Shown in pieces: positions 26,748-39,631 of a stretch of 64,000 nt of DNA (its first letter is position 1; each line of letters begins with the position of its first letter). The notes under the pieces were generated by a model. It had not been told where the DNA came from, did no database searches, and saw nothing but the letters and a program-made list of their open reading frames with translations. The DNA lies in the NCBI GenBank assembly GCA_951406725.2, contig OX597839.1, positions 7,626,001-7,690,000 of the forward strand, given 5' to 3'. The translations under genes were made by a program, and so were the position numbers. Origin of the DNA: Octopus vulgaris. Lineage: Eukaryota.

Positions 26748-27167
26748 GGCGCAGGAGTGGCTGTGTGGTAAGTAGCTTGCTAACCAGCCACATGGTTCCG
26801 GGTTCAGTCCCACTGCGTGGCATCTTGGGCAAGTGTCTTCTGCTATAGCCTCGGGCCGACCAATGCCTCGTGAGTGGATTTGGTAGACGGAAACTGAAAG
26901 AAGCCTGTCGTATATATGTATATATATATATGTATGTGTGTTTGTTTGTGTGTCTGTGTTTGTCCCCCTAGCATTGCTTGACAACCAATGCTGGTGTGTT
27001 TACGTCCCCGTCAATTAGCGGTTCGGCAAAAAGAGACCGATAGAATAAGTACTGGGCTTACAAAAAAAAGACTAAGTCCTGGGGTCGAGTTGCTCGACTA
27101 AAGGCGGTGCTCCAGCATGGCCGCAGTCAAATGACTGAAACAAGTAAAAGAGTAAAGAGTAAAGAGT
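26748..27167 (+). mobile_element. SINE-A, full length
   Basis: ggcgcaggagtggctgtgtggtaagtagc .. caagtaaaagagtaaagag. Confidence 0.92.
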
Positions 27168-27725
27168 ATATGTATATGTTATATATATGTGCAAATGTAC
27201 ATATATTTATGAGCACATACAGGTATACACAATTTTATTTTCCATCGAAACTTGCTCATTCTTTTAGAGAGTATCTTGTGGTTTGAAAGACATACAGCTG
27301 ATATGTCTAGCTAATCCATCGACCACATTAGTTGCATCTTCCATTAAAGTATTCATTCACTATATGCAACAGTGTGTGAGCCAATGCCAGCTACACCAAC
27401 CCAACCCGGACCATCCCCGCCCAACACAAGCGAAATCAAGGCATAGCAAGGTAGAACAGCTCAGCAAAGCTCAACACAGACGCGAGAACAGGTTGCCCAA
27501 CCCAATCCAGCCTCGCTCCGTTCACCCTCTCCACTAATAGATAAAGTCTTAAGGACATATGTGACAGCCATTTTGCTCTATTACAAAGCCACGGCCGTGT
27601 CACTTGAACATTTCATTGTCTCCGAAAATCTTATCAAACGCTGTTTTCGTCTTTTTAATTTCCGTTCGTGTCAGATATTTAGATGTAGATCAAATCATCA
27701 GCAGCATCACTATCACCACCACCAT

Positions 27726-27766
<41 letters not shown>

Positions 27767-27809
27767 ATAAAGTAGACACAACATATAAACCTTTGCTATC
27801 TAAAAGCAA

Positions 27810-28080
27810 ACACACACACACACACACATACATATATATATATCCACAGACACTCACACACACACACACACATATATATCTACAGACACTCACACACACA
27901 CACACACACATATATATCTAGACACTCACACACACATACACATATATATACCTACAGATACTCACACACACACACATATATATACAGACACTCACACACA
28001 CACACACATATATCTAGACACACACGCATACACATATATATACCTACATATACTCACACACACACATATCTACAGACACT

Positions 28081-28113
<33 letters not shown>

Positions 28114-28227
28114 TTACAGACACTCACACATACATATATACATATATCTACAGACACTACACACACACACACACATATCTACAGATACTCACACACACAC
28201 ACACACACGCATATATCTACAGACACT

Positions 28228-28260
<33 letters not shown>

Positions 28261-28460
28261 CTACAGACACACACACGCACACACATATATATCTACAGAC
28301 ACTTACACATACACACACACGCATATATCTACAGACACTCACACTCACACACACACACACACACTCATATATATATCTACAGACACTCACACGCACACAC
28401 ATATATATACATATATATATATATCTACAGACACTCATTCAGACACACACACACACATAT
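27810..28460. repeat. Irregular minisatellite (ctacagacactc(ac)n(at)n units)
   Basis: Direct inspection. Confidence 0.85.
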
Positions 28461-28480
28461 ATGTATATATCAATAAATAC

Positions 28481-28544
<64 letters not shown>

Positions 28545-28850
28545 TAAAAATGCATATATGTCTGTATACACACACGCATATGTATATACATACATGCACA
28601 CATGCGCATACTTTCTCACTGTCCATTTGATCCGTTCCTCATCTGTTCGACTGTTCATCTGTTAGTCAATCCGGCGATCTCTCTGTCTGCCTGTCTGTCT
28701 GTCTGTCTGTGTGTCTGAATGTACCTGTATCTGTTTGGCTGTCAAGCTTTTAGTTTGACTGTCAGTCTGTTTAGTTCCAATGTCCAGCTCTTCCTCTCTC
28801 TCTCTCCCTCTCTCTCTCACTCTCTCTCTCAGTCACTCTCTCTCTCTCAG

Positions 28851-28887
<37 letters not shown>

Positions 28888-29048
28888 CTGGTTATTATTT
28901 TTGTGTGTATGTGAGCGTATGTGTGTGTGTATTTATCGCGTTGTCTCTCTCCCCCAGTTGTCTCTCTCCCTCTTCATATATATATATACACACACACACA
29001 CACATATATATATAGAGAGAGAAAACACACACACACTCAGTATGTATG

Positions 29049-29141
<93 letters not shown>

Positions 29142-29256
29142 CATATACACACTCATGTATGCGTATATATGTGCATGTGTATATGTATATATATTATATA
29201 TATGCATATATATATATATGTATGTCTGTATATGTATGTATATAAATGCATTTACT

Positions 29257-29287
<31 letters not shown>

Positions 29288-29699
29288 TTGTATGTATGTA
29301 TGCATGTATGTATGTATGTATATATACATACGTATGCATATATTTGTACGTATGCCTATATAATTGACGCCTACACATCTCCAACGGTGTGTAATACAAA
29401 ATGTGCATTTGTCTGACTGTATGCGTTCATATGTGTCTATGTATGCGTGTGTGTGTGTGTGTATGTGTGTGTGTGTGTGTGTGTATGTATGTGTGTGAGT
29501 GTGTGTGTGGTTTTATCTGGTTTTCACATTCTGACACAATCGACAGCCATGTTTATATTGAGTTAATTCAAATCCTCCCCGCATCCCGTCCCATCTCATC
29601 CCGTGTCCTCTCACTTCTCTGCGCCATCTATTATCACCTCCTCCATCGCTCTACAGCCATGAACACTTCACTCCCATCTCACCTCCCGACTCCTTAACT

Positions 29700-29721
29700 G
29701 TTATTGCTCATGTCTATCACT

Positions 29722-29778
<57 letters not shown>

Positions 29779-31170
29779 TTGATGATGAAGGTGATGTTGA
29801 CCATAACGATGACGATGACAACGATGATGATGATGATAATGATGACGACGATGATGCTGATGATGATGATGATATTGGCCATGGTGATAATAACGGTGGT
29901 GATGTTGGCGATACTGATACTGGGGGCGGTGGTGACGGTGATGATGGTTAGCAAGATGGGGGAGACGAGGTTGAAGTGTATAAGGAGAAAGAAAAGGTAT
30001 AAGAACGTAGTGGTGACTATGTGGTGGGTGAAGTGGTGGTGGGGGAAGTGGTGGTGGAGCAGTGGTGGTGGAGGCAGTAGTGGTGGGGGCAGTTGTGGTG
30101 GTGGCAGTTTTTGTGGTGGTGTTCGTAGTGCTGGTGGTGGTGGCAGTGGTGGTGGGGGCAGTGATGGTGGGGGTAGTAGTGGGGATGTTCGTAGAGCTGG
30201 TGGTGTAGTGGTGTGGTGGTGGGGCAGTGGTGGTGGAGCAGTGATGGTGGGGGTAGTAGTGGTGATGTTCGTAGTGCTGGTGGTGTAGTGGTGTGGTGGT
30301 GGGGGCAGTGGTGATGGGGGCAGTAGTGGTGATGTTCGTAGTGCTGGTGGTGTAGTGGTGTGGTGGTGGAGCAGTGGTGGTGGGGGCAGTGGTGGTGGAG
30401 ACAGTGGTGGTGGGGGCAGTGGTGGTGGGGGCAGTAGTGGTGGTGGCAGTTTATGTGGTGGTGTTCGTGGTGGTGGTGGTGGTGGTGGTGGTGGTGGTGG
30501 TGTAGTGGTGTGGTGGTGGTCGTGGTGGTCGTGGTGGTGGTCGTGGTGGTAGTGGCGTTGATGATGATGATCGTGATCATCATGATCTTCATCGTAATGA
30601 AAATGGTAATGACGATAACTGATTATGATGGCGACGTTAATAACGTTGATAATGATTATGATGACGACGACGACGACGACGATGATGATGATGGTGACGA
30701 TGATAATAATGATGATGGAGATGACCGTGTTGTTGATGACGATTATGATGACAGTAATGATGATGATGATGATATTGATGGGTCACTTGTTGCTGCAATA
30801 GATGCTGTTTTCACTGATCTTATCATCACTTCCATTTCCTTTCGTCATCGGTGTTCTTGTTGTTGCTGTCGTTATTTTTATTCTTCTTCTTCCTGTCATT
30901 GTTGCTGTTTGTGTCCTTGTTGTTGCTGTTGTTGCTGATGCTGCTACTGCTGTTCTTGTTGTTGTTGTTATTTTCGTTGTTGTGATTCCGGTCTGTAATT
31001 TTTGTCGTACTCGTCGTTACTATTTTCATTCATGTTGTTGTTGTTGTTGTTGTTGTTGTCGCTGCTGCTGCTACTTTTGTGGTTCTTGTTATTGTTGTTG
31101 TTGTTGTTGCTGCTACTATTTTTGTGGTTCTTCTTATTGCTGTTGTTGTTACACAGTTTTTGTGATCACA
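29700..31170. repeat. Compound GAT/GGT/GTT low-complexity tract with an internal GGT-rich minisatellite
   Basis: gtgatgttcgtagtgctggtggtgtagtggtg recurs several times in 30110-30520. Confidence 0.85.
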
Positions 31171-31250
31171 TGATGTTCGAGACATCTAATGGTGTCGTAG
31201 ACGTTGTTTCTGTTGTTGTAGCTGTTGCCGTTGCTGGTCGCATTCTATGG

Positions 31251-31469
31251 CAGTGGTTTTCAACCAAGGTTCCGCAGAACCTCAGGGTTCCGCCAGTACA
31301 GTCCAGGGGTTCCGCAAGAAGTTACAAAACTACTAAAATCGGCAGTAATTTTTAATTCTCCTGTGCAGATATGTGTGCATAAGACTATTAAATTATTGCA
31401 CAGGGGTTCCTCGAGCCAGTGGAATGTTTCCTTGGGGTTCCGCTCCAGCAAAAAGTTTGAAAAGCACTG
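31251..31469. mobile_element. hAT (Charlie-like) MITE
   Basis: TIRs cagtggttttcaac / tttgaaaagcactg; perfect 8-bp TSD ttctatgg at 31243-31250 and 31470-31477; internal gggttcc repeats. Confidence 0.9.
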
Positions 31470-31580
31470 TTCTATGGTAACACACATTTAACCAAGGTGA
31501 GGCACAGTGGGATCGAACCTGGAATCACATGCTTACAAAACAAAAATTTCAGTGACACATCCATGCTCTTATGCATTTAC

Positions 31581-31967
31581 TGGAAGCACTCCGTCGGTTA
31601 CGACGATGAGGGTTCCGGTTGATCCGAATCAACGGAACAGCCTGTTCATGAAATTAACGTGTAAGTGGCTGAGCACTCCACAGACATGTGCACCCTTAAC
31701 GTAGTTCTCGGGGATATTCAGCGTGACACAGAGAGTGACAAGGCCGGCCCTTTGAAATACAGGTACAACAGAAACAGGAAGTAAGAGTGAGAGAAAGTTG
31801 TGGTGAAAGAGTACAGCAGGGATCACCACCATCCCCTGCCGGAGCCTCGTGGAGCTTTTAGGTGTTTTCGCTCAATAAACACTCACAACGGCCGGTCTGG
31901 GAATCGAAACCGCGATCCTATGACCGCGAGTCCGTTGCCCTAACCACTGGGCCATTGCGCCTCCACA
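31581..31967 (-). mobile_element. SINE-C type 1
   Basis: Reverse complement of the 23290-23666 copy; TSD tatgcatttac. Confidence 0.9.
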
Positions 31968-32296
31968 TATGCATTTACTACCGTTGTTGTCATTGTTCTT
32001 GCTGTTGTGGTCGTTATTTTAGTTGCTATTGTTGCTCCTCATGCGGAAATTTCTCGCAAGTGTTATTGTTGTTATTGTTGCCAATATGGTATTAGCTGAT
32101 GTTGCTACTGCTGTTGATCTCTCTGTTAGTGTTATTTTTGTTATTATTATTATTATTGCCGGTACGGTATTTGCTGACGTTGTTGCTGCTGCTGTTGATC
32201 TCCCTTTTAGAGTTCTTGCTGATGTTCTTGTTATTGTTACCGATATGATATTTCTTGATGTTGTTGCTGCTGCTGTTGATCTCTCTGTTAGTGTTA

Positions 32297-32379
<83 letters not shown>

Positions 32380-32890
32380 GCCGGTACGGTATTTGCTGAC
32401 GTTGTTGCTGCTGCTGTTGGTCTCTCTTTTAGTGTTATTATTGATGCCGTTGTTCTTCTTCCCATTATCACTGTAGTTGCCGCTCTTCTTTCGTTGCTTT
32501 TGTAGTTGTTATTGTCGTTAGAGCTTTTAGCGTTGTTTTTGTTGTTGCTGTTGTTGCTTCCGGTTTTGTTCGTTATTCCTCATATCACTCTCTTTCTTCT
32601 TGTTGCTAATCCCCTTCACCTTGTTGTTGTTGTTGTTATTGTATTTCATCCTCCTTGCTCTTTTTATGGTTAATTTTGATCTCATATTTGTTGTTCTTGT
32701 TCTTGCTGTTGTCATTCTTGTTTCATTTGCTCTTGTTGTTTATTCTGGATTTCATGTTTGCAGTTTTTTTATTCAAACTCTTTCTAATGTTGTTGTTGTT
32801 GTTGTTGTTTTTATTGTTAATCTGGATCTCTTATATCTTGTTTTTTATTGTTGTTTATTTTCTCTTTGTTGCTCTCTTTGTGTGCAGTGT

Positions 32891-32928
<38 letters not shown>

Positions 32929-33194
32929 GCTGTTGTTGTTGCTGTTGTTGTTGCGCTGAATTTTTGTCTCACAGCAATCGCTGACACACAGTACTGTTGC
33001 AGTTATTTTGATCTTCTTAATATTAATGTTGTTGTTGTTGTTGTTGTTGTTGTTACTGTTTTGACTGTACACCTGTTATTAACGACACAGTCGCCATTTT
33101 TATTGCTGTCGTCGTTGTTGTTGTTGTTGTTGTTGTTGTTGTCGTGGTTCTTCTTGTGTTGCTTTTTTTTCTTTGCTTCCACTCAACGAAAAGC

Positions 33195-33520
33195 TGACGT
33201 TGCTGATGTTGCTGCTGTTGCTATCACTGTTGCCATCGCTGCTGCTACTGCTGCTGATGATGATGATGATGATAAAGATGATATTGAAGAGGATGATGAC
33301 GACGCCGACGGTGGTGCTACTGCCGGTGGAAGTGACAGCGACGAACATGACAATCGGGTGGTGCTGACGTTGCTGCTGTTGCTGCAGTTGCTATCACTGT
33401 TGCCATCGCTGTTGCTGCTGCTGCTGCTGTTGATGATGATGATAATGATGAGAATGATGACGACGCCGACGGTGGAGCTGGTGCCGGTTGAAGAGAGGGC
33501 GACAAACATGACAGTGGGGT
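33195..33520. repeat. About 170-bp tandem duplication in low-complexity DNA
   Basis: tgacgttgctg..gttgctatcactgttgccatcgctg..gacgccgacggtgg occurs twice. Confidence 0.75.
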
Positions 33521-34276
33521 TGGTGGTAGTGATGGTGGTGGTGGTGGTGAGGATGATGGTGATGGTGATGGAGTGTGGTGATGTTGGTGGTGGTGGCGTT
33601 GGCGAGTATGAAGACGATAGTAGTGATGATGATGATGACGATGATGGTGATGGTGATGATGACGATGATGATGATGATGATGATGATGATGAAGATGATG
33701 ATGATGATGATGATGATGATGTGGACGAGGACGGTGAACTGGCTGATGAGGATGATGAGCGTGGTGATGATAATGACAATGATGATTAGCATGATGATGA
33801 TGTTTACGATGATGATGCTGCCGATGATGATGATGATCATGATCATCATGATATTAATGTTGCTTGTCATTCTCCATAACTTCATCCATCCTATCTATAA
33901 TGACATCAACTGATTGGTTTCCATGATAAACCTGTCCCACCCTCCTTCTCTCTCTCTCGAGTTATTTCCATATATTGACTGGAACATCGCCAGCAACAAG
34001 TCATCAGAGTTCTTGTAGAATGCACTGCCAGAACCCTGATCATCACCACCACCACCACCACCACCACCACCACCACCACCCTGTGACTACTAGCTCCAAG
34101 AACTTTCTCCTGTAAACATCTCCAGCATCGCCACCATCACGAGTTCTATGACTGACAGTACAATCACCAATGCTGTCGCCACCTTTACCACCACCACCAT
34201 CACCACCACCAACACCACCACCAAAACCACCACTTCTACCATCACCATCACCACCACCACCTCTACCAACCACATT

Positions 34277-34645
34277 TTTTTCACAATACGCACGCTACTC
34301 AAAAAAGGTCGACAGAAATGTGTCTCAAATGGGCTGGAGTATTTCTATTTTGGATGTATTTGGGGTACTTAATTGTGCTCATGACTTAGTGTTTGCTTCT
34401 TCCATGGGTATGAGTAAGTATCTCATTTATTTCTTTGCCACATTTATCACTGACGAAGGGAGGGTTCTTATGAACTAACCCTGAAATCGGTCCGATATGG
34501 TAATAATGGAATTTTTTAGAAATTTCTGTCCACCTTTTTCGAGTAGCGTGCGTATTGTGAAAAATTATATGCTTATGGACAATATGTCCAATTTCGGCAT
34601 ATTTGGCATTAGGAATTTTTTCGTTTGCCCTTATTTATAAGTTAC
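34277..34645 (+). mobile_element. Hammerhead-bearing short element (family H2) with a 5' inverted duplication
   Basis: 34277-34319 is an inverted copy of 34522-34564 (43 bp, 2 mismatches); the HHR motif lies between the arms; ends in (TA)n. Confidence 0.7.
34445..34497 (+). ncRNA. Type I hammerhead motif, slightly decayed
   Basis: UAUCa-CUGACGA-AGGG agg GUUC uuau GAAC uaa CCCU-GAAA-UCGG-UC-cGAUA; the core is intact and stem III is one change from the palindrome ACCGGU. Confidence 0.65.
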
Positions 34646-34850
34646 ATATATATATATATATATATATAGATAAGAAAGTTTGTTTGGTAAAGCACGTGGG
34701 TGAATATATAAGAAAATAGTAAAGTGTGAAAAAACGACAGAAGGCTTAAATGTTAAAAAATATATATATTTGTGTCAAAATGTCTGGAGAATATTGGAAA
34801 AATTTTTTTTTTTTTCCTTTCCTTAAAATGACATAATTTTAAAATTTTTA

Positions 34851-34890
34851 AAGAAATTACCGGTTTCGCGTGTAGCTTTTCAAATTTCTT
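34851..34890 (-). ncRNA. PLE 3' UTR minimal hammerhead, U3-A8 core variant
   Basis: Reverse complement of 37706-37745. Confidence 0.72.
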
Positions 34891-35050
34891 GTGACGTTAT
34901 GTTTATATTGCATGGAGTTATCGTTGTTTTTATTTCCAGGAGATTTCTAAATAAGGGGAGGTAGTGAGTGATTTCTTCCGGTGTAGGGGAGATAATCGCT
35001 TAAAAATTTTTTTTGTTTTTTTTTTTGTTTTTTTTTTTCCCTTTTCCTTG

Positions 35051-36301
35051 TTAATTTCTCTGTGTCAGTATGTTCGGATGGTTGAGTCTGGGTTTGTACT
35101 TTTCAATGAAGAATGTTTCCTTGTTCAGTCTCATTTGTGTTGATGATCCGAAAGCACATTGGTAAAATGGGAAGATTAAAAATTGTGGCAGTAGTTGTTT
35201 TGCGCATTTCTCAATGTGCTCACTAAAAGGTATCATTCTATATTCTGGGAATGCAATCTGTTGTCGATGCAGTGTGCATCTACGCCTGAGTGATAGTCCC
35301 GTGGAACCCACGTAGTCTTGGTGGCAGCCCGAGCATTTAATAACATAAATTATGTTTTCAGAGGCACAAGTAAAGTTAGATTTGATCTTAAATTTCTGTC
35401 CCTCTTTAAAGAAGAATTCTGATCCTTCCAATAGGTTAGGACATGTTGCACAGTTCGATCTACCACATTTTTTTACTTTTGCATCCGTAATTTTAGAAGA
35501 CAATTTTGCCTTTGTGAGAATCTTTTTAAGAGATTTAGGCTGTTTGTAGCTTTTAATGATTTGGTGTATGTTTAGAATTTCCTTTAATTTTGGGTTTTTA
35601 TGAAGTATTGGTAAATTCTGGGTGATGATGGTGAAGGCTTCTTTGTTTCTGGGGTTGTATGTAGATATGTAAGGTAGTATTTTCGGGGAAGGTGTGTTGT
35701 TGTGTTGAACTTTTCTTAAAGTTTCTATGTTGATTTCTGTTGCACGTCTGATCCCATCCTCTATGAGTTGAGCTGGGTAATGTCTATCAATTAGGGTGTT
35801 TTTGAGTTCTTGCAGTCTAAAGTTCCTGGTATTTTGTTCTGACACTATTGTGCATATCCTTCTTGCAAGGTTGAAGGGGATGTTTGTTTTAGTGTGTCTT
35901 GGGTGGCATGAATTAAAAAGAAGGTATTGTTTGGCGTCTGTGGCTTTGTAAAAAATGTCTGTTTCTATTTTAAGGTTAATTTTTTTAATTAGTATATCCA
36001 AGAACGGGAGCTCCTTTTGGTTGTATTCCATTGTGCACTGTATATTTGGGTTTATGCTGTTCAATAGGTTTTTAAATTTTAGGAGTTTATCTATGTTTTC
36101 ATTCCAGAGAATGAAACAATCGTCTAGGAATCGTTTCCAATTCTCTTTTATGTATTGAGAGAGGGAGTTTCCAAAGATTGATAGAGATTCCTGGTAAATG
36201 ATTATTTCCATGTATCCCATTGTTAAGTTCGCAATGACTGGTGCTGCCCTTGTACCCATAGCAATTCCGGATTTTTGACGGTAAAATGTATTGTCAAACA
36301 T
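35051..36301 (-). CDS. PLE polyprotein C-terminal part: reverse transcriptase + GIY-YIG endonuclease
   Basis: YRQKSGIAMG, WKRFLDDCFILW, LPFLDI, SCHP, Cys linker CGRSNCATC, NIIYVIKCSGCHQDYVGST..R..H; 416 open codons. Confidence 0.92.
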   Translation of the reverse strand: MFDNTFYRQKSGIAMGTRAAPVIANLTMGYMEIIIYQESLSIFGNSLSQYIKENWKRFLDDCFILWNENIDKLLKFKNLLNSINPNIQCTMEYNQKELPFLDILIKKINLKIETDIFYKATDAKQYLLFNSCHPRHTKTNIPFNLARRICTIVSEQNTRNFRLQELKNTLIDRHYPAQLIEDGIRRATEINIETLRKVQHNNTPSPKILPYISTYNPRNKEAFTIITQNLPILHKNPKLKEILNIHQIIKSYKQPKSLKKILTKAKLSSKITDAKVKKCGRSNCATCPNLLEGSEFFFKEGQKFKIKSNFTCASENIIYVIKCSGCHQDYVGSTGLSLRRRCTLHRQQIAFPEYRMIPFSEHIEKCAKQLLPQFLIFPFYQCAFGSSTQMRLNKETFFIEKYKPRLNHPNILTQRN

Positions 36302-36601
36302 GAAGTGGTTATTGTGTAGGATGAATTCAATTGATTTAGTAATGAATTCCTTACTGATCCTTTTTGGTATTTCTTCCGGAAATTGGTACTAACCAGAATT
36401 GTATTGCCTCCAGTCCATAATTATGAGGTATACTGGTATACAAGTTGACTACATCAAATGAAACCAGGATTGTTTCTTCCTTGGTTTTTTTTGGAAGGTG
36501 GTCCCTTAACATATCTAAGTCATCTCTGATATGGGAAACGATTATCGATTGTTTGTTCTCTGGAAGAAAACATAGATTTCAAGAGGATGTCCATAAGTAG
36601 A

Positions 36602-37569
36602 CAAAAGGAGCTCCCGTTCTTGGATATACTAATTAAAAAAATTAACCTTAAAATAGAAACAGACATTTTTTACAAAGCCACAGACGCCAAACAATACCTT
36701 CTTTTTAATTCATGCCACCCAAGACACACTAAAACAAACATCCCCTTCAACCTTGCAAGAAGGATATGCACAATAGTGTCAGAACAAAATACCAGGAACT
36801 TTAGACTGCAAGAACTCAAAAACACCCTAATTGACAGACATTACCCAGCTCAACTCATAGAGGATGGGATCAGACGTGCAACAGAAATCAACATAGAAAC
36901 TTTAAGAAAAGTTCAACACAACAACACACCTTCCCCGAAAATACTACCTTACATATCTACATACAACCCCAGAAACAAAGAAGCCTTCACCATCATCACC
37001 CAGAATTTACCAATACTTCATAAAAACCCAAAATTAAAGGAAATTCTAAACATACACCAAATCATTAAAAGCTACAAACAGCCTAAATCTCTTAAAAGAT
37101 TCTCACAAAGGCAAAATTGTCTTCTAAAATTACGGATGCAAAAGTAAAAAAATGTGGTAGATCGAACTGTGCAACATGTCCTAACCTATTGGAAGGATCA
37201 GAATTCTTCTTTAAAGAGGGACAGAAATTTAAGATCAAATCTAACTTTACTTGTGCCTCTGAAAACATAATTTATGTTATTAAATGCTCGGGCTGCCACC
37301 AAGACTACGTGGGTTCCACGGGACTATCACTCAGGCGTAGATGCACACTGCATCGACAACAGATTGCATTCCCAGAATATAGAATGATACCTTTTAGTGA
37401 GCACATTGAGAAATGCGCAAAACAACTACTGCCACAATTTTTAATCTTCCCATTTTACCAATGTGCTTTCGGATCATCAACACAAATGAGACTGAACAAG
37501 GAAACATTCTTCATTGAAAAGTACAAACCCAGACTCAACCATCCGAACATACTGACACAGAGAAATTAA
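36602..37569 (+). pseudogene. PLE RT thumb + GIY-YIG, one frameshift near 37097
   Basis: ORFs 36587-37147 and 37117-37569 match the left-arm protein; one A is missing in a homopolymer. Confidence 0.88.
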
Positions 37570-37705
37570 CAAGGAAAAGGGAAAAAAAATTTTTAAGCGA
37601 TTATCTCCCCTACACCGGAAGAAATCACTCACTACCTCCCCTTATTTAGAAATCTCCTGGAAATAAAAACAACGATAACTCCATGCAATATAAACATAAC
37701 GTCAC

Positions 37706-37745
37706 AAGAAATTTGAAAAGCTACACGCGAAACCGGTAATTTCTT
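37706..37745 (+). ncRNA. PLE 3' UTR minimal hammerhead, U3-A8 core variant
   Basis: AAGAAAU-UUGAAAA-GC uacac GC-GAAA-CCGG-UA-AUUUCUU: perfect 7-bp stem I, palindromic ACCGGU stem III, GUA site. Confidence 0.72.
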
Positions 37746-37883
37746 TAAAAATTTTAAAATTATGTCATTTTAAGGAAAGGAAAAAAAAAAATTTTTGCAA
37801 TATTCTCCAGACATTTTGACACAAATATATATATTTTTTAACATTTAAGCCTTCTGTCGTTTTTTCACACTTTACTATTTTTT

Positions 37884-37921
<38 letters not shown>

Positions 37922-38559
37922 ATTCATATAATCTAACGTACATGTCATATGTATATCTTAAATGAATATAGTCTCTCATATGAATTAAATATGTCCAATA
38001 AATTTGTGAATTGCTTGTAGCTTGGTTTACTAATATATCTCCATACATTCTGTGTTAGTAGTGTTGTATTCATTTCGTTCTGTGTCTAGCATTGTGCGTT
38101 CTATCGCTGGTGGGTGCAAATCTGAATGCTGTTCTAAGAAGAGATCTCGCCGATGACATTTAGTGTCTGCTCTCTACAAACTTCCATCTCCGTGTAAGTA
38201 GATGCATTTATTAGTGTCATTAACAAGAAATTCTCTTGATATAATCTGTAAATTTTTATCTCAGTGTTTATATTTCTGCGTCGTTAGCATTTGCCTTTAG
38301 TCTATTATGGTTATTGTATTTTTAGAACACGATTTTTTCCCTTAGTGATCCTTTAATCTGCTGACATTTCCCGATGCGTCCATTACGACAAACACCGCGC
38401 CAAAATAGCTGCAAGCGTGGGTGCTAATGGAGTATCCATAGTTAATCCATTTCCTAGCTCTAATATGTATACACATACACATATTTGCACACAGTCATAT
38501 GTATATGCATAGATGAATATCTTTACACATACACATTCTCACACGCATACGCATATTCT

Positions 38560-38700
38560 TTAATTCTTTTACATGTTTCCGTCATTTGACTGCGGCCAGG
38601 CTGGAGCACCGCCTTTAGTCGAACAAATCTACCCCAGGACTTATTCTTTGAAAGCTTAGTACTTATTATATCGGTCTCTTTTGCCGGACCGTTAAGTTAC
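38560..38700 (-). mobile_element. SINE-A 3' fragment
   Basis: gtcatttgactgcggcc..ggagcaccgcctttagtcg. Confidence 0.8.
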
Positions 38701-39070
38701 CATAAAACTCGTTAAAACACGTTAAAACACTGCTATGGAGTTCGTTTTTGCTCAATGAGGGTACATGTCCAATGGAATTTTATCTGTTTCTAACCGAAGA
38801 CCATTTCCATAAGCCATACCAATTGCAATGAGATCTACACTTATTTAGCAATAACGAGCGCTAATTGAAAATACGCTCGGAAGCGTCCAATGTTTCCGTA
38901 GGGAGCTACATAAGGTACGAGGTAATGATGGATACTTGAGTAGGGCTTTACAGTAACGACGGACTAATAATAACCAAAAGCCGATTCGACGTACATCAGA
39001 TACAATCAGAGAAAGTCGTACAAAAACAACACACATACGCAAACACATACACACACGCGCGCACACAAGT

Positions 39071-39456
39071 ATCTTTTACCTTTTATTTGTTGTAGTCATT
39101 AGACTGCGGCCATGCTGGGGCCTCACCTTGAATTCTTTTTTTAGTCGAATGAATCGACCCCAAGAGTTATTTTATAAAATGCCTGATACTTTTTTTCTAT
39201 TGTTCTCTTTTGCCGAACAGCTAAGTGCCGGGGATGTAAACAAACCAACACTGGTTGTCAAGCAACCGTGGGAGACAAACAGAGACACAAAGGCAGACAC
39301 ATACACACACACATACACACACACAGAGTTTTTGTCTAATGTCTGATACTTTTTTTCAATTGTTCTCTTTTGCCGAACAGCTAAGTGCCGGGGATGTAAA
39401 CAAGCCAGCACCGGTTGTCAAGCAACCGTGGGAGACAAAGAGAGACACAAAGGCAG

Positions 39457-39490
<34 letters not shown>

Positions 39491-39631
39491 TGTCTACTAA
39501 ATCCACTAGTAAGGCTTTGATCGGTTCGAGTCTATAGTAGAAGACATTTGCCCAAGGTGCCATGCAATGAGACTGAAGTCAGACCCATGTGATTAGCAAT
39601 CAAACTTTTTTACCACAGTGCCACGCCTGTA
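39071..39631 (-). mobile_element. SINE-A, diverged, with an internal tandem duplication of about 160 bp
   Basis: ctgatactttt..tgccgaacagctaagtgccggggatgtaaac occurs at about 39183 and 39343. Confidence 0.8.

Larger units (their letters stand above)
34668..36531 (-). mobile_element. Penelope-like element (Neptune-type), 5'-truncated, left arm
   Basis: Upstream of the listed ORF, across a frameshift, reads IRDDLDML..LVSFDVVNLYTSIP; then RT and GIY-YIG; the 3' UTR ends near (TA)n. Confidence 0.93.
36533..37890 (+). mobile_element. Penelope-like element, more truncated inverted copy, right arm
   Basis: 36602-37890 is a near-identical reverse complement of about 34705-36019; ends in (TA)n. Confidence 0.93.

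Noticed and set aside
26748-26822. tRNA-like sequences with A/B boxes (also 14929, 23290, 47709 and others)
   Set aside because: These are SINE heads continuing into SINE bodies; no clean cloverleaf or Pol III terminator.
32848-33789. 313-aa acidic ORF and similar long ORFs at 39806-40928 and 53562-54428 as host exons
   Set aside because: Built from GTT/GAT/CAT/CT repeats and a local duplication; no splice or domain support.
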